Assembly (NCBI RefSeq): GCF_964213995.1 | Contig: NC_135801.1 | Coordinates: forward strand, 71,982,001 to 72,046,000 | Length of the DNA: 64,000 bases | From: Mustelus asterias | Taxonomy: Eukaryota | Reading direction: 5' to 3' | Shown: piece by piece, positions 13,157 through 25,815 of the stretch | How the letters are laid out: every line of letters starts with the position of its first letter | How positions within the stretch are numbered: position 1 is the stretch's first letter | Translations under genes and position numbers: made by a program | Notes under the pieces: generated by a model | What the model saw: the letters and a program-made list of their open reading frames with translations, nothing else | Told to the model about the DNA's origin: nothing | Database searches by the model: none

Positions 13157-13464
13157 GGTGGCATGGTGGCACAGTGGTTAGCACTGCTGCCTCACAGCAC
13201 CAGGTACGTGGGTTCAATTCCCGGCTTGGGTCACTGTTTGTGTGGTGTTTGCACACTCTCCCCATGTCTGCGTGGGTTTCTTCCGGGTGCTCCAGTTTCC
13301 TCCCACAATCCAAAGATGTGCAGTTTAGGTTGATTGGCCATGCTAAATTGCCCCTTAGTGTTGCAGGGTAAAAAGTGGGGTTGTGGGATAGGGCCTGGAT
13401 AGGATTGTTGTCGATGCAGACTCAGTGGGCCGAATGGGTTCCTTTTGCATTGTAGGGATTCTAT
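13157..13464 (+). mobile_element. HE1-type V-SINE
   Basis: Full head, V-domain and tail. Confidence 0.9.
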
Positions 13465-15340
13465 TTGTCAATGGTACCACTGAAGCTCTCTCTCTGCACA
13501 CAAAGGCAACATGACTTGTAGACTTGCATCTATGATTGAGAGTGAGAAATTACAGTGATCCTGGGTCGCACCAAATGCCTCGGTGGAGTTGGTCTCACCT
13601 CCTCAGCTTCTAGGTCTTAATGATGCCACACTGGCCCAAGTTCCTCAGGGTTCTTCCCTTTGCCCTGCCTGAGGAGGACAGACTCTTCTCCTCCTCCTCT
13701 GTCACACGAAAGCCATGAAGAAGACTGAGCTTCCTGCTGTCTGCACTCTGCACTCTTCCTCTTGTCTGTGGAAAAAACAGTCCAGAAACATGAGTGAACA
13801 TTACCCTTCAATCGCCAAGCTAGGAAGTCACGGTGAAGCCGTTAGGCTAACTTGTTCCAGGCATTCCATTCTCAGATCCTCCCTTCAGCTATCGTACAGC
13901 CTTGAGGATTACTGGTAGCTGAGTTTCTGCACTCTCACCCACTTCACCCCTTCCCACCAATACTCCAGACATGGCAGTACATTCAATAGAGAGTTGGATC
14001 TGCATGAGTATTGCCAAGCATCATCAGCCTCAGTCAGGGCACCGTCACATTGCTTCCTTTGGAGTAGATGAGAGCCCAGCCATGCACAAATGTAATGGCA
14101 GTCACCACTGAGCTGTGTAAAGCATGAACCTCCCAGCAGTAATGCATGGGGTTGTTTGAAGCATTTTGAGTATATACTTTAGCTGTGGCCCTTTGATAGT
14201 TAGATCCTTCCAACCTTTGCACAGTCCAGTGAAAGAACCAAATAGTCAGCCATACCCAATCTACACTTAGCCCCAAGCTCTATTGAATTCTTGCAAGAAT
14301 GCACAACGTGAATTAAGGTGCCCAAATCCTTCAATTGGCATTTGAGTCTTCCTAACATTTCTCAGTTGAGCCTTTCCCTCCATGTCCTGAAGTGGTTATT
14401 ATTAGGATGCATCTCAATCGGCCCAAAAAGTTCAGTAGTCAACTTGTCCCACAATCCCTCAGAACCTTCTCCCAGCGATTTCTTTCCAAGGTTATTTTTC
14501 AACTGCATCGTTATATTAACTGTCAAAATGGTGCTGCTCCTCTTTTACTATACCAGCTTCCAACGCCTGTCTTCACTGTCCAAGTCCCTCCCATCATCCT
14601 GGCAGGGCAACATGTGCAAATTATCCTCCCTTCATTTACACTGTTGCCTCCTCATTTAACCCTGGCGCCCAACGTCATTCCTGTAGATATCCCAGTACCC
14701 CGCATTGAACCATTTTTTGTGAATGCCCCATGTTGACTTCACTCCTCCTCATCTTGAGGCCCCAGAGTCTTGACCTACTGAGAGCACCCCACTTAAACAT
14801 AGAGTGCTCCTCTCTCGTTTACCCGTTCTCCATTTACAGGCTGCAGATGCTTCCCCTGCCTGTGACAGTACCAGACATCTTTGGTACACTCTGGTTCACA
14901 CCAAATATCTATGTGGATTTGGTCTTACCTCCTCAGCTTCTGAGTCTTCATGAAGCCATGTTGGCCCAAGTTCCTCAGGGCAAGGTTTTTCCTTTTGCCA
15001 AGTCTGAGGGTGACAGACCCCTCTCCTCCTCCTCTATCAATTAGATTAGGTTTGCAAACATGATTCCGGCGAGCTGGGTTTTTAATGAGCATTCATGAGA
15101 TGCAAAGGCATGCAAATGCAATTCCCAGCATGGCGCAGCGGGCAACCCGACCCATCATGAAGGTTGGGAAGGGAAAATTGCAACCTACTTCCCTCCCGCT
15201 GGAAAACTGACTTTGGGCCTCACTCGGAATTTTCCAATGCCACCTGCCACAAATCCCACCATCAGCGAGATCGGAAAGTCCACTCATTGCAGCTTCAATG
15301 AGAAATGTGTTCAGGCCCGATTGGCGATGACTGAAATTGT

Positions 15341-15459
15341 GGATGGGATATTCTGGCTGCGCTCGCCCCAAAGCAGGAAAATCCCACCTGAGGTCCACGG
15401 ACCTGCCCGTGTCCCGCCCGCTGTGACTTCCTGGCGGGCGGGACGGGAAAATTCCACCC
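15341..15459. mobile_element. ~120-bp MITE (same family as 518-633)
   Basis: Imperfect TIRs GGATGGGATATTC / GAAAATTCCACCC; TSD TGT at 15338-15340 and 15460-15462. Confidence 0.75.
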
Positions 15460-15689
15460 TGTGTCTCTTATTGTCCTTATAAGAAAGTTTCTATTGATGA
15501 ATCTGTTTTCACTGCTGTGTCTAAAGAGTGTTGTAAAATTCAAATTTATTTTTGCAATGATTCTAAACAGAATTTGCTGCTATTTAAAGAAATAAAAAAA
15601 TAAGCTTATTAGGTTCCAAAGATTCACAGACGTTCGACCCAGAAGTTACTTTGTTTGTCTATCGAAATTTTTAGTTTGTATATCAGCAC

Positions 15690-16110
15690 AGTTGGCAGTA
15701 CAGTCTCTGAATCTCAAGGTTCTCCCACTCTTGAGCTCGAAAATCAAGGCTGACATTTCAGTGCAGTATGGAGGGAGCATTGCAGTGTGAGAGGTAACGT
15801 CTTTCAAATGAGATGTTGAAGCAAGACCACATTCGCCTGCTCGGGTGGATGTAAAATTTCCGATACCACTATTTCAAAGAAGAACAGGAGACTTATCGCT
15901 TAAGCCGCGGCCAATATTTTCCCCTCAATCAGCATCGCGCACACAGAAAACAGATTATCTGTTCACTATTGTGCTATTGTTTGTGGGAATTTGCTGAGTT
16001 GCTGTGTTTCCTACATTACTGCTATGACCACACTTCAATAAGTACTTCATTGCCTGTAAGGCTTTGAGAAATCCAGTGGTCATAAAGGTGCAATGAAGGC
16101 ACCTCTTTCT
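15690..16110 (+). mobile_element. Deu-domain SINE (SacSINE1/AmnSINE1-like), old
   Basis: Resembles the recalled Deu-domain and tail consensus: GGTGGATGTAAAA..CACTATTTCAAAGAAGA..CAGATTATCTG..AAGTACTTCATTG. Confidence 0.75.
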
Positions 16111-16267
16111 TTCTTTAGAAATCTGGAAAATATTGCCCACCATCCTATCCCCTTTATCATTTAACCTTTTACACTTTGAAGCCAAAGGGCTAAAATTTAG
16201 CGTATCTGTTTTTTATCACAGGGGCTTAAAGTTTGTGCTGCCATTTTGTCACTCTGATAGTACTTTG

Positions 16268-17900
16268 GAGTAAGGAGTCTAACAACACCAGGTTAAAGTC
16301 CAACAGGTTTATTTAGTAGCAAACGCCACTAGCTTTCGGAGCGCTGCTCCTTCATCAGGTGAGTGGGAGATCTACTCATAAACAGCAAACAGGGCATATA
16401 AGACACAAACTCAATTTACTGAATAATGAATAATGATTGGAATGCGAGTCTTTACAGCTAATCAAGTCTTAAAGGTACAAACAATGTGAGTGGAGAGAGC
16501 ATTAGCACAGGTTAAAGAGATGTGTATTGTCTTCAGACAGGACAGCCAGTGAGACTTTGCAAGTCCAGGCAAGTTGTGGGGGTTACAGATAGTGTCACAC
16601 GAACCCAAGATCCCGGTTGAGGCCGTCCTCATGTGTGCGGAACCTGGTTATCAGTCTCTGCTCAGCAACTCTGCACTATCGTGTGTCGTGAAGGCCGCCT
16701 TGGAGAATGCATACCTGAATATCAGAGGCCGAATGCCCATGACCGCTGAAGTGCTCCCCAACAGGAAGAGAACAGTCTTGCCTGGTGATTGTTGAGCGGT
16801 GTTCATTCATCCGTTGTCGTAGCGTCTGCATGGTTTCCCCAATGTACCATGCCTCGGGACATCCTTTCCTGCAGCGTATCAGGTAGACAATGTTGGCCAA
16901 GTTGCAAGAATATGTACCGTGTACCTGGTGGATGGTGTTCTCACGTGAGATGATGGCATCCATGTTGATGATCTGGCATTTCTTGCAGAGGTTGCTGTGG
17001 CAGGGTTGTGTGGTGTTGTGGTCACTATTCTCTTGAAGGCTGGGTAGTTTGCTGCGGACAATGGTCTGTTTGAGGTTGTGCGGTTGTTTGAAGGCAAGAA
17101 GTGGGGGTGTGGGGATGGCCTTGGCGAGATGTTCGTCTTCATCAATGACATGTTGAAGGCGCTGGAGAAGATGTCGTAGCTTCTCCGCTCCGGGGAAGTA
17201 CTGGACGACGAAGGGTACTCTGTCCACCGTGCCCTGTATTTGCCTTCTGAGGAGGTCGGTGCGGTTTTTCACTGTGGCGCATCGGAACTGTCGATCGATG
17301 AGTCGAGCGCCATATCCTGTTCTTATGAGGGCATCTTTCTGCGTCTGGAGGTGTCTGTTGCGATCCTCCTCATCCGAGCAGATCCTGTGTATACGGAGGG
17401 CTTGTCCGTAGGGGATGGCTTCTTTAATGTGTTTAGGGTGGAAGCTGGAGAAAGTGGAGCATCGTGAGGGTATCCGTGGGCTTGCGGTACAGTGAGGTGC
17501 TGAGGTGACCGTCCTTAATGGAGATGCGTGTGTCCAAGAATGCAACTGATTCCGGAGAGTAGTCCATGGTGCGTCTGATGGTGGGATGGAACTTGTTGAT
17601 GTCATCATACAGTTGTTTCAGTGATTGTTCGCCATGAGTCCAAAGGAAGAAAATGTCATCGATATATCTAGTGTATAGCATCGGTTGAAGGTCTTGTGCG
17701 GTGAAGAAGTCTTGTTCGAACCTGTGCATGAAGATGTTGGCATATTGAGGTGCAAATTTGGTCCCCATGGCTGTTCTGTGTGTCTGGATGAAGAACTGGT
17801 TGTTGAAGGTGAAGACATTGTGATCCAGGATGAAGCGGATGAGTTGTAAAATTGCATCTGGAAACTGACAGTTGTTGGTGTTGAGTACTGAGGCAGTTGC
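16268..17900 (-). mobile_element. Penelope-like element, 5'-truncated: RT C-half, GIY-YIG, pLTR
   Basis: ORFs 17433..17972 (TAMGTKFAPQYANIFM, YTRYIDDIFF) and 16676..17608 (NIVYLIRC..WYIGET), with frameshifts. Confidence 0.95.
16326..16367 (-). ncRNA. Minimal type I hammerhead ribozyme motif in PLE pLTR
   Basis: Reverse strand: CAC-CUGAUGA-A-GGAGC(AGC)GCUCC-GAAA-GCUA-GUG. Confidence 0.75.
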
Positions 17901-18554
17901 ATGATGTTGCATGATGGGCTTGGAGCCCAGTGTCTGCCATTCTGGTGAAAGTCCACAAGTGTCCATCTGCAAAGCTGAAGTCCCTTGGATAGCACAACAT
18001 TCCTCGATCCTCCCTGACTATAAGCACCAGCACTCAAAAGCAGACTCAAAAATATTCCACAGCACTTCCACAAGTTCAAGCAAGGCAGAAATAATTCAAA
18101 ATAACCCGACTTGGAATTTGGGTGCCAAGCCCTTGAATTAACACCGCTCATTGCTGTTCTTACAACTTAGCAGTTGCTCTTTGCAGAGTGACAGACAAAC
18201 ATGTTGCATGGATTTGCATGGCCCAGATGAGGAAATCTGGTGCTCCATCAGCCAGGAGAAGTTTGCAACATCAGGATAGTACCCCCACTACTTGCTTCCG
18301 GCATATGCAGATGACATCTACTTGGATGCCCTTCTCAAAAGGGAGAGGCACATGGGCTGTCGATGGCAGCTGGTGACAGAGCAAACACCTCCAGGAGGGC
18401 ATAAGGTTCATATAGTTCCAGCACTAGCAGCCTGACAGATGAAATTCACACTCCAATATTTTCCATCAATAGATATTACTTTAGCATAAAAAAGTGTACA
18501 TTTTCTCCAGTAAAAAGTGCTTACATAAGTATGCAACTACATGTTTAAACATTA

Positions 18555-19870
18555 TTCATTCATGAGATGTGAGCATCATTGGTTCAGGCCAGTATTTATT
18601 GCCCATCTCTAATTGCCCTTGAGAACATAAGAACATAAGAAATAAGTGCAGGAGTAGGCCATCTAGCCCCTCGAGCCTGCCCCGCCATTCAATAAGATCA
18701 TGGCTGATCTGAAGTGGATCAGTTCCACTTACCCGCCTATAACCCCTAATTCCCTTACCGATCAGGAATCCATCTATCCGTGATTTAAACATATTCAACG
18801 AGGTAGCCTCCACCACTTCAGTGGGCAGAGAATTCCAGAGATTCACCACCCTCTGAGAGAAGAAGTTCCTCCTCAACTCTGTCCTAAACTGACCCCCCTT
18901 TATTTTGAGGCTGTGCCCGCTAGTTCTAGTTTCCTTTCTAAGTGGAAAGAATCTCTCCATCTCTACCCTATCCAGCCCCTTCATTATCTTATAGGTCTCT
19001 ATAAGATCCCCCCTCAGCCTTCTAAATTCCAACGAATACAAACCCAATCTGCTCAGTCTCTCCTCATAGTCAATACCCCTCATCTCTGGTATCAACCTGG
19101 TGAAGCTTCTCTGCACTCCCTCCAAGGCCAATATATCCTTCCGCAAATAAGGGGACCAATACTGCACACAGTATTCCAGCTGCGGCCTCACCAATGCCCT
19201 GTACAGATGCAGCAAGACATCTCTGCTTTTATATTCTATCCCCCTTGCGATAGAAGCCAACATCCCATTTGCCTTCTTGATCACCTGTTGCACCTGCAGA
19301 CTGGGTTTTTGCGTCTCATACACAAGGACCCCCAGGTCCCTCTGCACAGCAGCATGTTGTAATTTCTTTCCATTTAGATAATAATCCAGTTTGCTATTAT
19401 TTCTTCCAAAGTGAATAACCTCGCATTTGTTAACGTTATACTCCATCTGCCAGATCCTCGCCCACTCACTCAGCCTGTCCAAATCTCTCTGCAGACATTC
19501 TACGCCCTCCACACAATTCACTTTTCCACTTATCTTTGTGTCATCTACAAACTTTGTTACCCTACACTCAGTCCCCTCCTCCAGATCGTTTATATAAATG
19601 GTAAATAGTTGAGGCCCCAGTACCGATCCCTGCGGCACGCCACTAGTTACCATCTGCCAACCAGAAAAGCACGCATTTATACCAACTCTCTGCTTCTTGT
19701 CGGATAGCCAATCCCCAATCCACGCTAACACCCTACCCCCAACTCCGTGCGACCCAATCTTCTTCAGCAGAAGATGGTGAGGAGTTGCCTTCTTGAGCTG
19801 CTAACATTGTGGTGAAAGCACTCCCATCATGCTGTTCGGAAGGGAGCTCCAGCAATTTGACCCAGCAATA
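18555..19870 (-). mobile_element. 3' end of a second LINE family (CR1/L2 group), split by the CR1 at 18623-19770
   Basis: AATTGCCCTTGAGAA..GATGGTGAGGAGTTGCC rejoins across the insertion; same tail as 47345-48080. Confidence 0.65.
18623..19770 (-). mobile_element. CR1 LINE, 5'-truncated, largely open RT C-terminal frame
   Basis: ORF 18556..19731 with GVPQGSVLGP and KFVDDTK; (CTTATGTT)n tail; short AGAA duplication at the ends. Confidence 0.95.
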
Positions 19871-20652
19871 ATAAATTGATTTGTTATGTCACAGTAAACA
19901 TGGCGTCAGTAACCAAACTGATGGCTGTGAGGGTCAGATCAAATGGTGTTGCTCTTGCCCTTGATAGTGAATCTGCACTGGCTGTTCAGGAGGTAATTTT
20001 TGGGTATCTGAAAGCAAAAAGGTAGAAGAGGAAGAGGGTTGGGTTGAGAGAAGGTGAGGTAGGATGGAAAGCCAAATGTCTCTGCTCACACTATCTACAG
20101 CTCTCACCTCATACCAGATAGCAGGATGAGGGTGAAGTGGAAATTGAGAATGTTACAAGGCAGGAACACAGTGTCATCCTGATTGTCCTTGGTGGTGTCC
20201 GATGTAGTGGTCTCAGTCACTGCCGGGCTTATCCTGCAAGAGAAAGGAAAGACCATCGGTGAGCGTGTTGCACTTCCTGTGATGTGCCTGCCACAGCCAG
20301 ATAGCTGAAGATTAGGAATGGGTCCTGGTGGGTAAGTGGCTGTAGTGCATTGAGCATCCTGAGAGGTTGGTGGTGCGGTGGGTAGGGGATGTCATTTAAA
20401 TATACTTCCACTGAACTTAACCAAGAGTGTGAAGTTACTGAACTTTTTCCGGCACCACAGACAGATCCTCAGGGCTAGACTCCAGAAACTGACCTCCCTG
20501 GTCATCTGTTCTCATTCCCTTTTCCGGGTGTGCCCCAAGGCTCTCCGGGCGTCCTGTGGACTTTCTTCTCCTATCCACCTCAGTCACTAAGGCCCCCAGT
20601 TCTGCTTCTGAGAACTAGACAGCCTTCTCCAAGCTGTTCTGCTTCTGCTGCT

Positions 20653-21337
20653 CCAGGTACACGGTACATACTCTTGCAACTCAGCCATCGTTGTCTACCT
20701 GTTACGCTGCCGGAAAGGATGTCCCGAGGCATGGTACATTGGGGAGACCATGCAGACGCTACGACAACGGATGAATGAACACCGCTCGACAATCACCAGG
20801 CAAGATTGTTCTCTTCCTGTTGGGGAACACTTCAGCGGTCACGGGCATTCGACCTCTGATCTTCGGGTAAGCATTCTCCAAGGCGGCCTTCACAACACAC
20901 GACAGCGCAGAATCGCTGAGCAGAGACTGATAGCCAAGTTCCACACACATGAGGACGGCCTCAACCGGGATCTTGGGTTCATGTCACACTATCTGTAACC
21001 CCCATGACTTGCCTGGGCTTGCAAAATCTCACAAACTGTCCTGTCTGGAGACAATACACATCTCTTTAACCTGTGCTTAACGCTCTCTCCACTCACATTG
21101 TCTGTACCTTTAAGACTTGATTACCTGTAAAGACTCGCATTCCAACCATTATTTTGTAAATTGAGTTTGTGTCTTTATATGCCCTGTTTGTGAACAGAAC
21201 TCCCACTTACCTGACGAAGGAGCAGCGCTCCGAAAGCTAGTGGCTTTTGCTACCAAATAAACCTGTTGGACTTTAACCTGGTATTGTGAGACTTCTTATT
21301 GTGTTTACCCCAGTCCAACGCCAGGATCTCCACATCA
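20653..21337 (+). mobile_element. Penelope-like element, 3' part (GIY-YIG, pLTR, tail)
   Basis: WYIGET motif upstream of ORF 20750..20998; TSD CTGCTGCT at 20645-20652 and 21338-21345. Confidence 0.93.
21202..21245 (+). ncRNA. Minimal type I hammerhead ribozyme motif
   Basis: CTGACGA at 21211-21217, stem II GGAGC/GCTCC, GAAA at 21232-21235, palindromic AGCT, stem I TAC/GTG. Confidence 0.75.
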
Positions 21338-22929
21338 CTGCTGCTTTATTAGCAGAGGGCTTCCTTCTAGAAAAACATTCCAGGCACTACATCAACAGTT
21401 GCTGTGGACAGAGGAACAGGCTGCCTTTAAGAAGTGCAGGTTAGCTGTACACTGTGCTAACCACTCACACTTTCTGTCCCCTGTGGAATGTACGGTCTCC
21501 TGATGACGAACAGGCAGAAATGTGATCTCTGTGTCCGGTTTCTTTCTAATTGAACCGTTCCCCATTTGTGTCAACAAACTTAGAATTCGATTAGCTGTTA
21601 ACCATACTTTGTGAAGATCAACTTCCTGATATTTCTCTCAGATTTACCTTTTCCCAGTGTGAACATTTATGTTCCTTGTCCTACTTTCAAAGTTTACCTT
21701 ATTTGAAATAGCTTTTACATTTTCAAATGTTGAATACTAAAGATTTCAGTGAAAATTCATTACATACTGCAGCATTTTAATATGAGCTTCTGAATTGTTG
21801 AAATTAATGCTCTGGAATTAAATAACAATGGAAAAACAATGGTAGCTGCTGCTCTCCCTGGTAATGTTTAGTAAACACTATTCACAGAAGTCAGGATGGG
21901 AACAGCTATGAGTATAACAATTACAGCAGTTTGGGGGCCTGATGCAGCGATTAAACAGCATCAACATGTACAGATAATTACTTCTGTTATCACCGGCTTG
22001 ATGAGGTCACACGATTAAATGACAAGCTGGTTTTTAGCTTTGAGTAATAGCTATATAATTAAAACCTGAATGAAAAATTGAGGAGACGCTATCTGACTGG
22101 TATTGTTTTACACAACTGAAGTAGAAATCTCACTGGATTGCATTGGAGACATTCTTCTGAGATTAGAGAAATCCACATAATGGGTTTCTTGTCTTAAATC
22201 CACACATCAAGGGAGCTGTCAAGAACAAGTATGATGATTCTCCCAGAGACAAGGAATTAAAAGTAAGTTCAATGAGATGACGAGATATTTCCATATATTG
22301 TACTGTAACTTAAGATTAGTTTTGGAGATGACAATGCTACGGCACTACAGTAAACAGCATAAAATGAGTTAACAAAGGAAGAGCCTTTTTATTGGAACAC
22401 AGGGGTGCATTGAAATCAGAGTAGAATTGAATCAGTCAGTTTCAAGTAATATTAAGAGACTTACAAACCTGACACACATACCATGTGACCTAGTTGTGCC
22501 TTTTATTGCTGTTTCCCCTGATCTAGATAAAGCCTTTGACAGTGTGCAATAGAATATGAGTTTTTTTGCAGAAACCCTCCCTTCTACACAGTATAAGAGC
22601 TCCCGGACTAGTTAAATTCCTCAGCTCAAGGTTGGCACTCCAGATGGTTCAAATGAAGCTCCTGTTAGGCCACAACTGGCATCCGGTTCAACCATCTCTG
22701 TCATTAATGTCACAGAATGGTCAGTGCCCCAGAGCATGGCACACATGCTTTGAATGTCAGTGTGCGGTTCCTGCATGCACTGTGGGTCTGCCGTATAAGG
22801 CTCTCTATGAGGTTACTCACTCTCTCATTTGAGAAACTTATGAGTTCAAAGTCCTGGTTCACGTGAGCTGAATGGACTCCTCCATTCTCAGCCCATGACC
22901 CGGCACTGTGGCAGGAAACTCTGACATGT

Positions 22930-23292
22930 GGGAGGTGATGGCCTAGCGGTATTATCACTAGGCTATTAATCCAGAAACTCAGCTAATGTTCTGGGGACCC
23001 AGGTTTGAATCCCGCCACGGCAGATGGTGGAATTTGAATTCAATAAAAAATATCTGGAATTAAGAATCTACTGATGACCATGAAACCATTGTCGATTGTC
23101 GGAAAAACTCATCTGGTTCACTAATGTCCTTTAGGGGAGGAAATCTGCCATTCTTACCTGGTCTGGCCTACATGTGATCCGAGAGCCATAGCAATGTGGT
23201 TGACTCTCAACTGCCCTCCAAGGGCAATTAGGGTTGGGCAATGAATGGTGGCCAGCCAGCGATGTCCATGTCCCATAAATTAATTTTTAAAA
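22930..23292 (+). mobile_element. tRNA-derived SINE, family 3 (tail shared with the second LINE family)
   Basis: A box TGGCCTAGCGG, B box GGTTTGAATCCC, tail GGGCAATTAGGG..GGCCAGCCAGCGATG; other copies at 32875 and 62115. Confidence 0.85.
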
Positions 23293-24229
23293 ACCTGCTA
23301 ATCTTTGCAGAACCTCTTTGGTTGTGATTTTTGGGTCTGACATTTGTGCCTAGCTGAACAGATAACATTTGCCCTCCATCCTCCGAGAGGGACTGTCCAT
23401 AGCTGCCTCTGCCTCTCTCACCTCCTTTTGCCCATGTTGCTGCGCTCTTCACCTGGGGACAACACATGAGGGCCCACCGATATGATTGCATCTGTGCTGC
23501 TGGAGAGCATCCTTGTGGGATATGATGGTTCCTACTGTGTCTGTTTCTTGTGAGTGCATTGATCCTATTACAAGACTCTGGAACTCCCCCTCCTGGTCAG
23601 AACCTGTGGGAGACACGAGAGATCATGGTTAGAATTGTACACTCCTCTGGGGAAGGAATGGCAGATAGGGGAGACAGTAAAATTGGCCTCTATTATAGTG
23701 GTGCCATGCCTGGTGCCTACCCGTGCCCTCTCACCCCCATAGAAGTCAAGGCATCGAAAGACCTGCTTGCCCTGTGCGTAATTGAGGCCCTCAAGTGGCT
23801 AATCAGTGGTGACAAAGGGCCTCCTTCTATCGCTGCTGGCATGTTTCCCGCGGTGGGGGAGACTGGTGTAAAATGTCCAAGCTGCAGGCATAGTCAGGGT
23901 AAGGAGCAAGTCTGCCAAGCAAAGATGGGCTCGTCCCCATCTTTTACACTGGAGGAACAGGAAACCTGCCCCCAGCATAACATTCAGCCCATATCGGCAT
24001 CTGAGATCAGAAGCCTCTGCCGTGTTGAGGTTTCCCAATGTAGCTGACTCTTTGCAAGCTGTCAGACAGGGAGGAATGCTCTTCACCCCTCCAGCCACTC
24101 CATCTGCAGGTTTGAATATGTTTTCACCCTCTCCACTTCCTTCTTGTGGGGTCACCCTTGTAATTTCTGTGGCTCCCTCTTCCATGGCAGTCATGAGGTA
24201 GAGACAGAGCACTCCTATATCAGAGCTCC

Positions 24230-24700
24230 TTCCCTGAGTTCCAGGACCTTAACCCAGCAACAGTGAAGGAATGACAATAACTATCAAAATCAGTGTGTTC
24301 TGTGATGTGGAGGGAATGTCAAGGTGGTGCTGTTCCAATGCAGCTGCTGCCGAGTCCAGGCGGTAGAGGTCATGGGTTTGGAAGATGCTGTTGAAGTTTG
24401 TGAGTTGCTGCAGTGAATCTTGTAGTTGGTGCACACTGCTGCCATTGTGCATTGGTGGTGGAGTTTAAATTTATTTATTAGTGTTACAAGTAGGCTTACA
24501 TTAACACTGCAATGAAGTTACTGTGAAAATCCCCTAGTCGCCACACTCCGATGCCTGTTCGGGTACATTGAGGGAGAATTTACCATAACTAATGCACCTA
24601 ACCAGAGGGAGCAGATGTTTAAGATGATGGATAGGGTACTGATCAAGTGGGTTGTTTTGATTTGAGTGGCATTGAGCTTCTTGAGTGTCCTTGGAGCTAC
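24230..24700 (-). mobile_element. Old LINE 3' fragment with a nested alternative-tail V-SINE fragment (24465-24603)
   Basis: Similar to 47480-47830; nested SINE tail. Confidence 0.65.
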
Positions 24701-25206
24701 CAATTGGCCACCACATCCACCCTCCATCCAATTCGCAGCTTGTCTGTTCAAAAATCGCAGGCTGTGACATCTCCCCCAATGCCACCAATACAATCGCCCT
24801 TCCCTGCCCAACCCCACCCCATACATTTAAGGAGATTTACCCCCAACAGTTTCTGGCCGGAATGATCATTTTTGGCATTTCAAACATTTGAATATCACAA
24901 TGAGCTGTTTTCCTCACTGAAGGTTGGGAGTGACATCGACCAGTCCATACCAGCTGTGGTCAAAGAAGGGACAAGAAGAACAACAACAGATGAGGGAGCT
25001 TCAAGGGGTTAACACCATTGTTCTGCGAAGAGACCAGGGAGGTGGAAGGCTGCTTGCTGCCAGTCTCACCTCATAGGGTCTATGGATTCAGATTGGGCTA
25101 ACTGAACCTCAGTGAGGAGCAGTGAAACAAATGGGGCTTCTTACTGTCTGTCATTGCAGGGAACTGCAGGAAGCTGTAGCCCAGTGCCACCACAGGCACT
25201 ACACTT

Positions 25207-25560
25207 AGAATCATAGAAGAATCATAGAAACCCTACAGTGCAGGAAGAGGCCATTCGGCCCATCGAGTCTACACCGACCACAATCCCACCCAGGTCCTAC
25301 CCCCATATCCATACATATTTTACCCGCTAATCCCTCGAACCTACACATTTCAGGACACGAAGGGGCAATTTTAGCATGGCCAATCAACCTAGCCCGCACA
25401 TCTTTGGACTGTGGGAGGAAACCGGAGCACCCGGAGGAAACCCACGCAGACATGAGGAGAATGTGCAAACTCCACACAGACAGTGACCCAAGCCGGGAAT
25501 CGAACCCAGGTCCCTGGAGCTGTGAAGCAGCAGTGCTAACCACTGTGCTACCGTGCCACC
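25207..25560 (-). mobile_element. HE1-type V-SINE
   Basis: Full-length copy. Confidence 0.92.
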
Positions 25561-25726
25561 TGCACTTGTTCAAAAGATGAAAGCATCATTTGCTGCCTTT
25601 GAGATCACAATGTTTTTTGCAAGCTCTGTAGTAGCTGTGGATTTAGCAAAGCCAGATAACGTGTCTGCAAATGATGGTCAGTGAGATGGAAGTTGTTTTT
25701 TGACAAGGATCAGTTGGGGTTCTACA

Positions 25727-25815
25727 TGCTAAATTCTCCCTCAGTGTACCCAAACAGGCATCGGAGTGTGGCGACGAGGGGATTTTCACAGTAACTTCAT
25801 TGCAGTGTTAATGTA
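25727..25815 (+). mobile_element. Alternative-tail V-SINE 3' fragment
   Basis: GGAGTGTGGCGACGAGGGGATTTTCACAGTAACTTCATTGCAG. Confidence 0.75.

Noticed and set aside
13560-15040. Similar segments at 13560-13700 and 14890-15040 as duplicated exons
   Set aside because: Diverged with indels and no shared frame; more likely relics of an old transposon, unclassified.
16355-16365. CAG/GTGAGT splice donor antisense to the hammerhead core
   Set aside because: It follows automatically from the ACTCACCTGA ribozyme sequence, and there is no evidence of use.
21392-21577. Short ORFs in unique DNA (also 33571, 34053, 35230)
   Set aside because: No recognisable domains or coherent splice structure, and the lengths are expected by chance.
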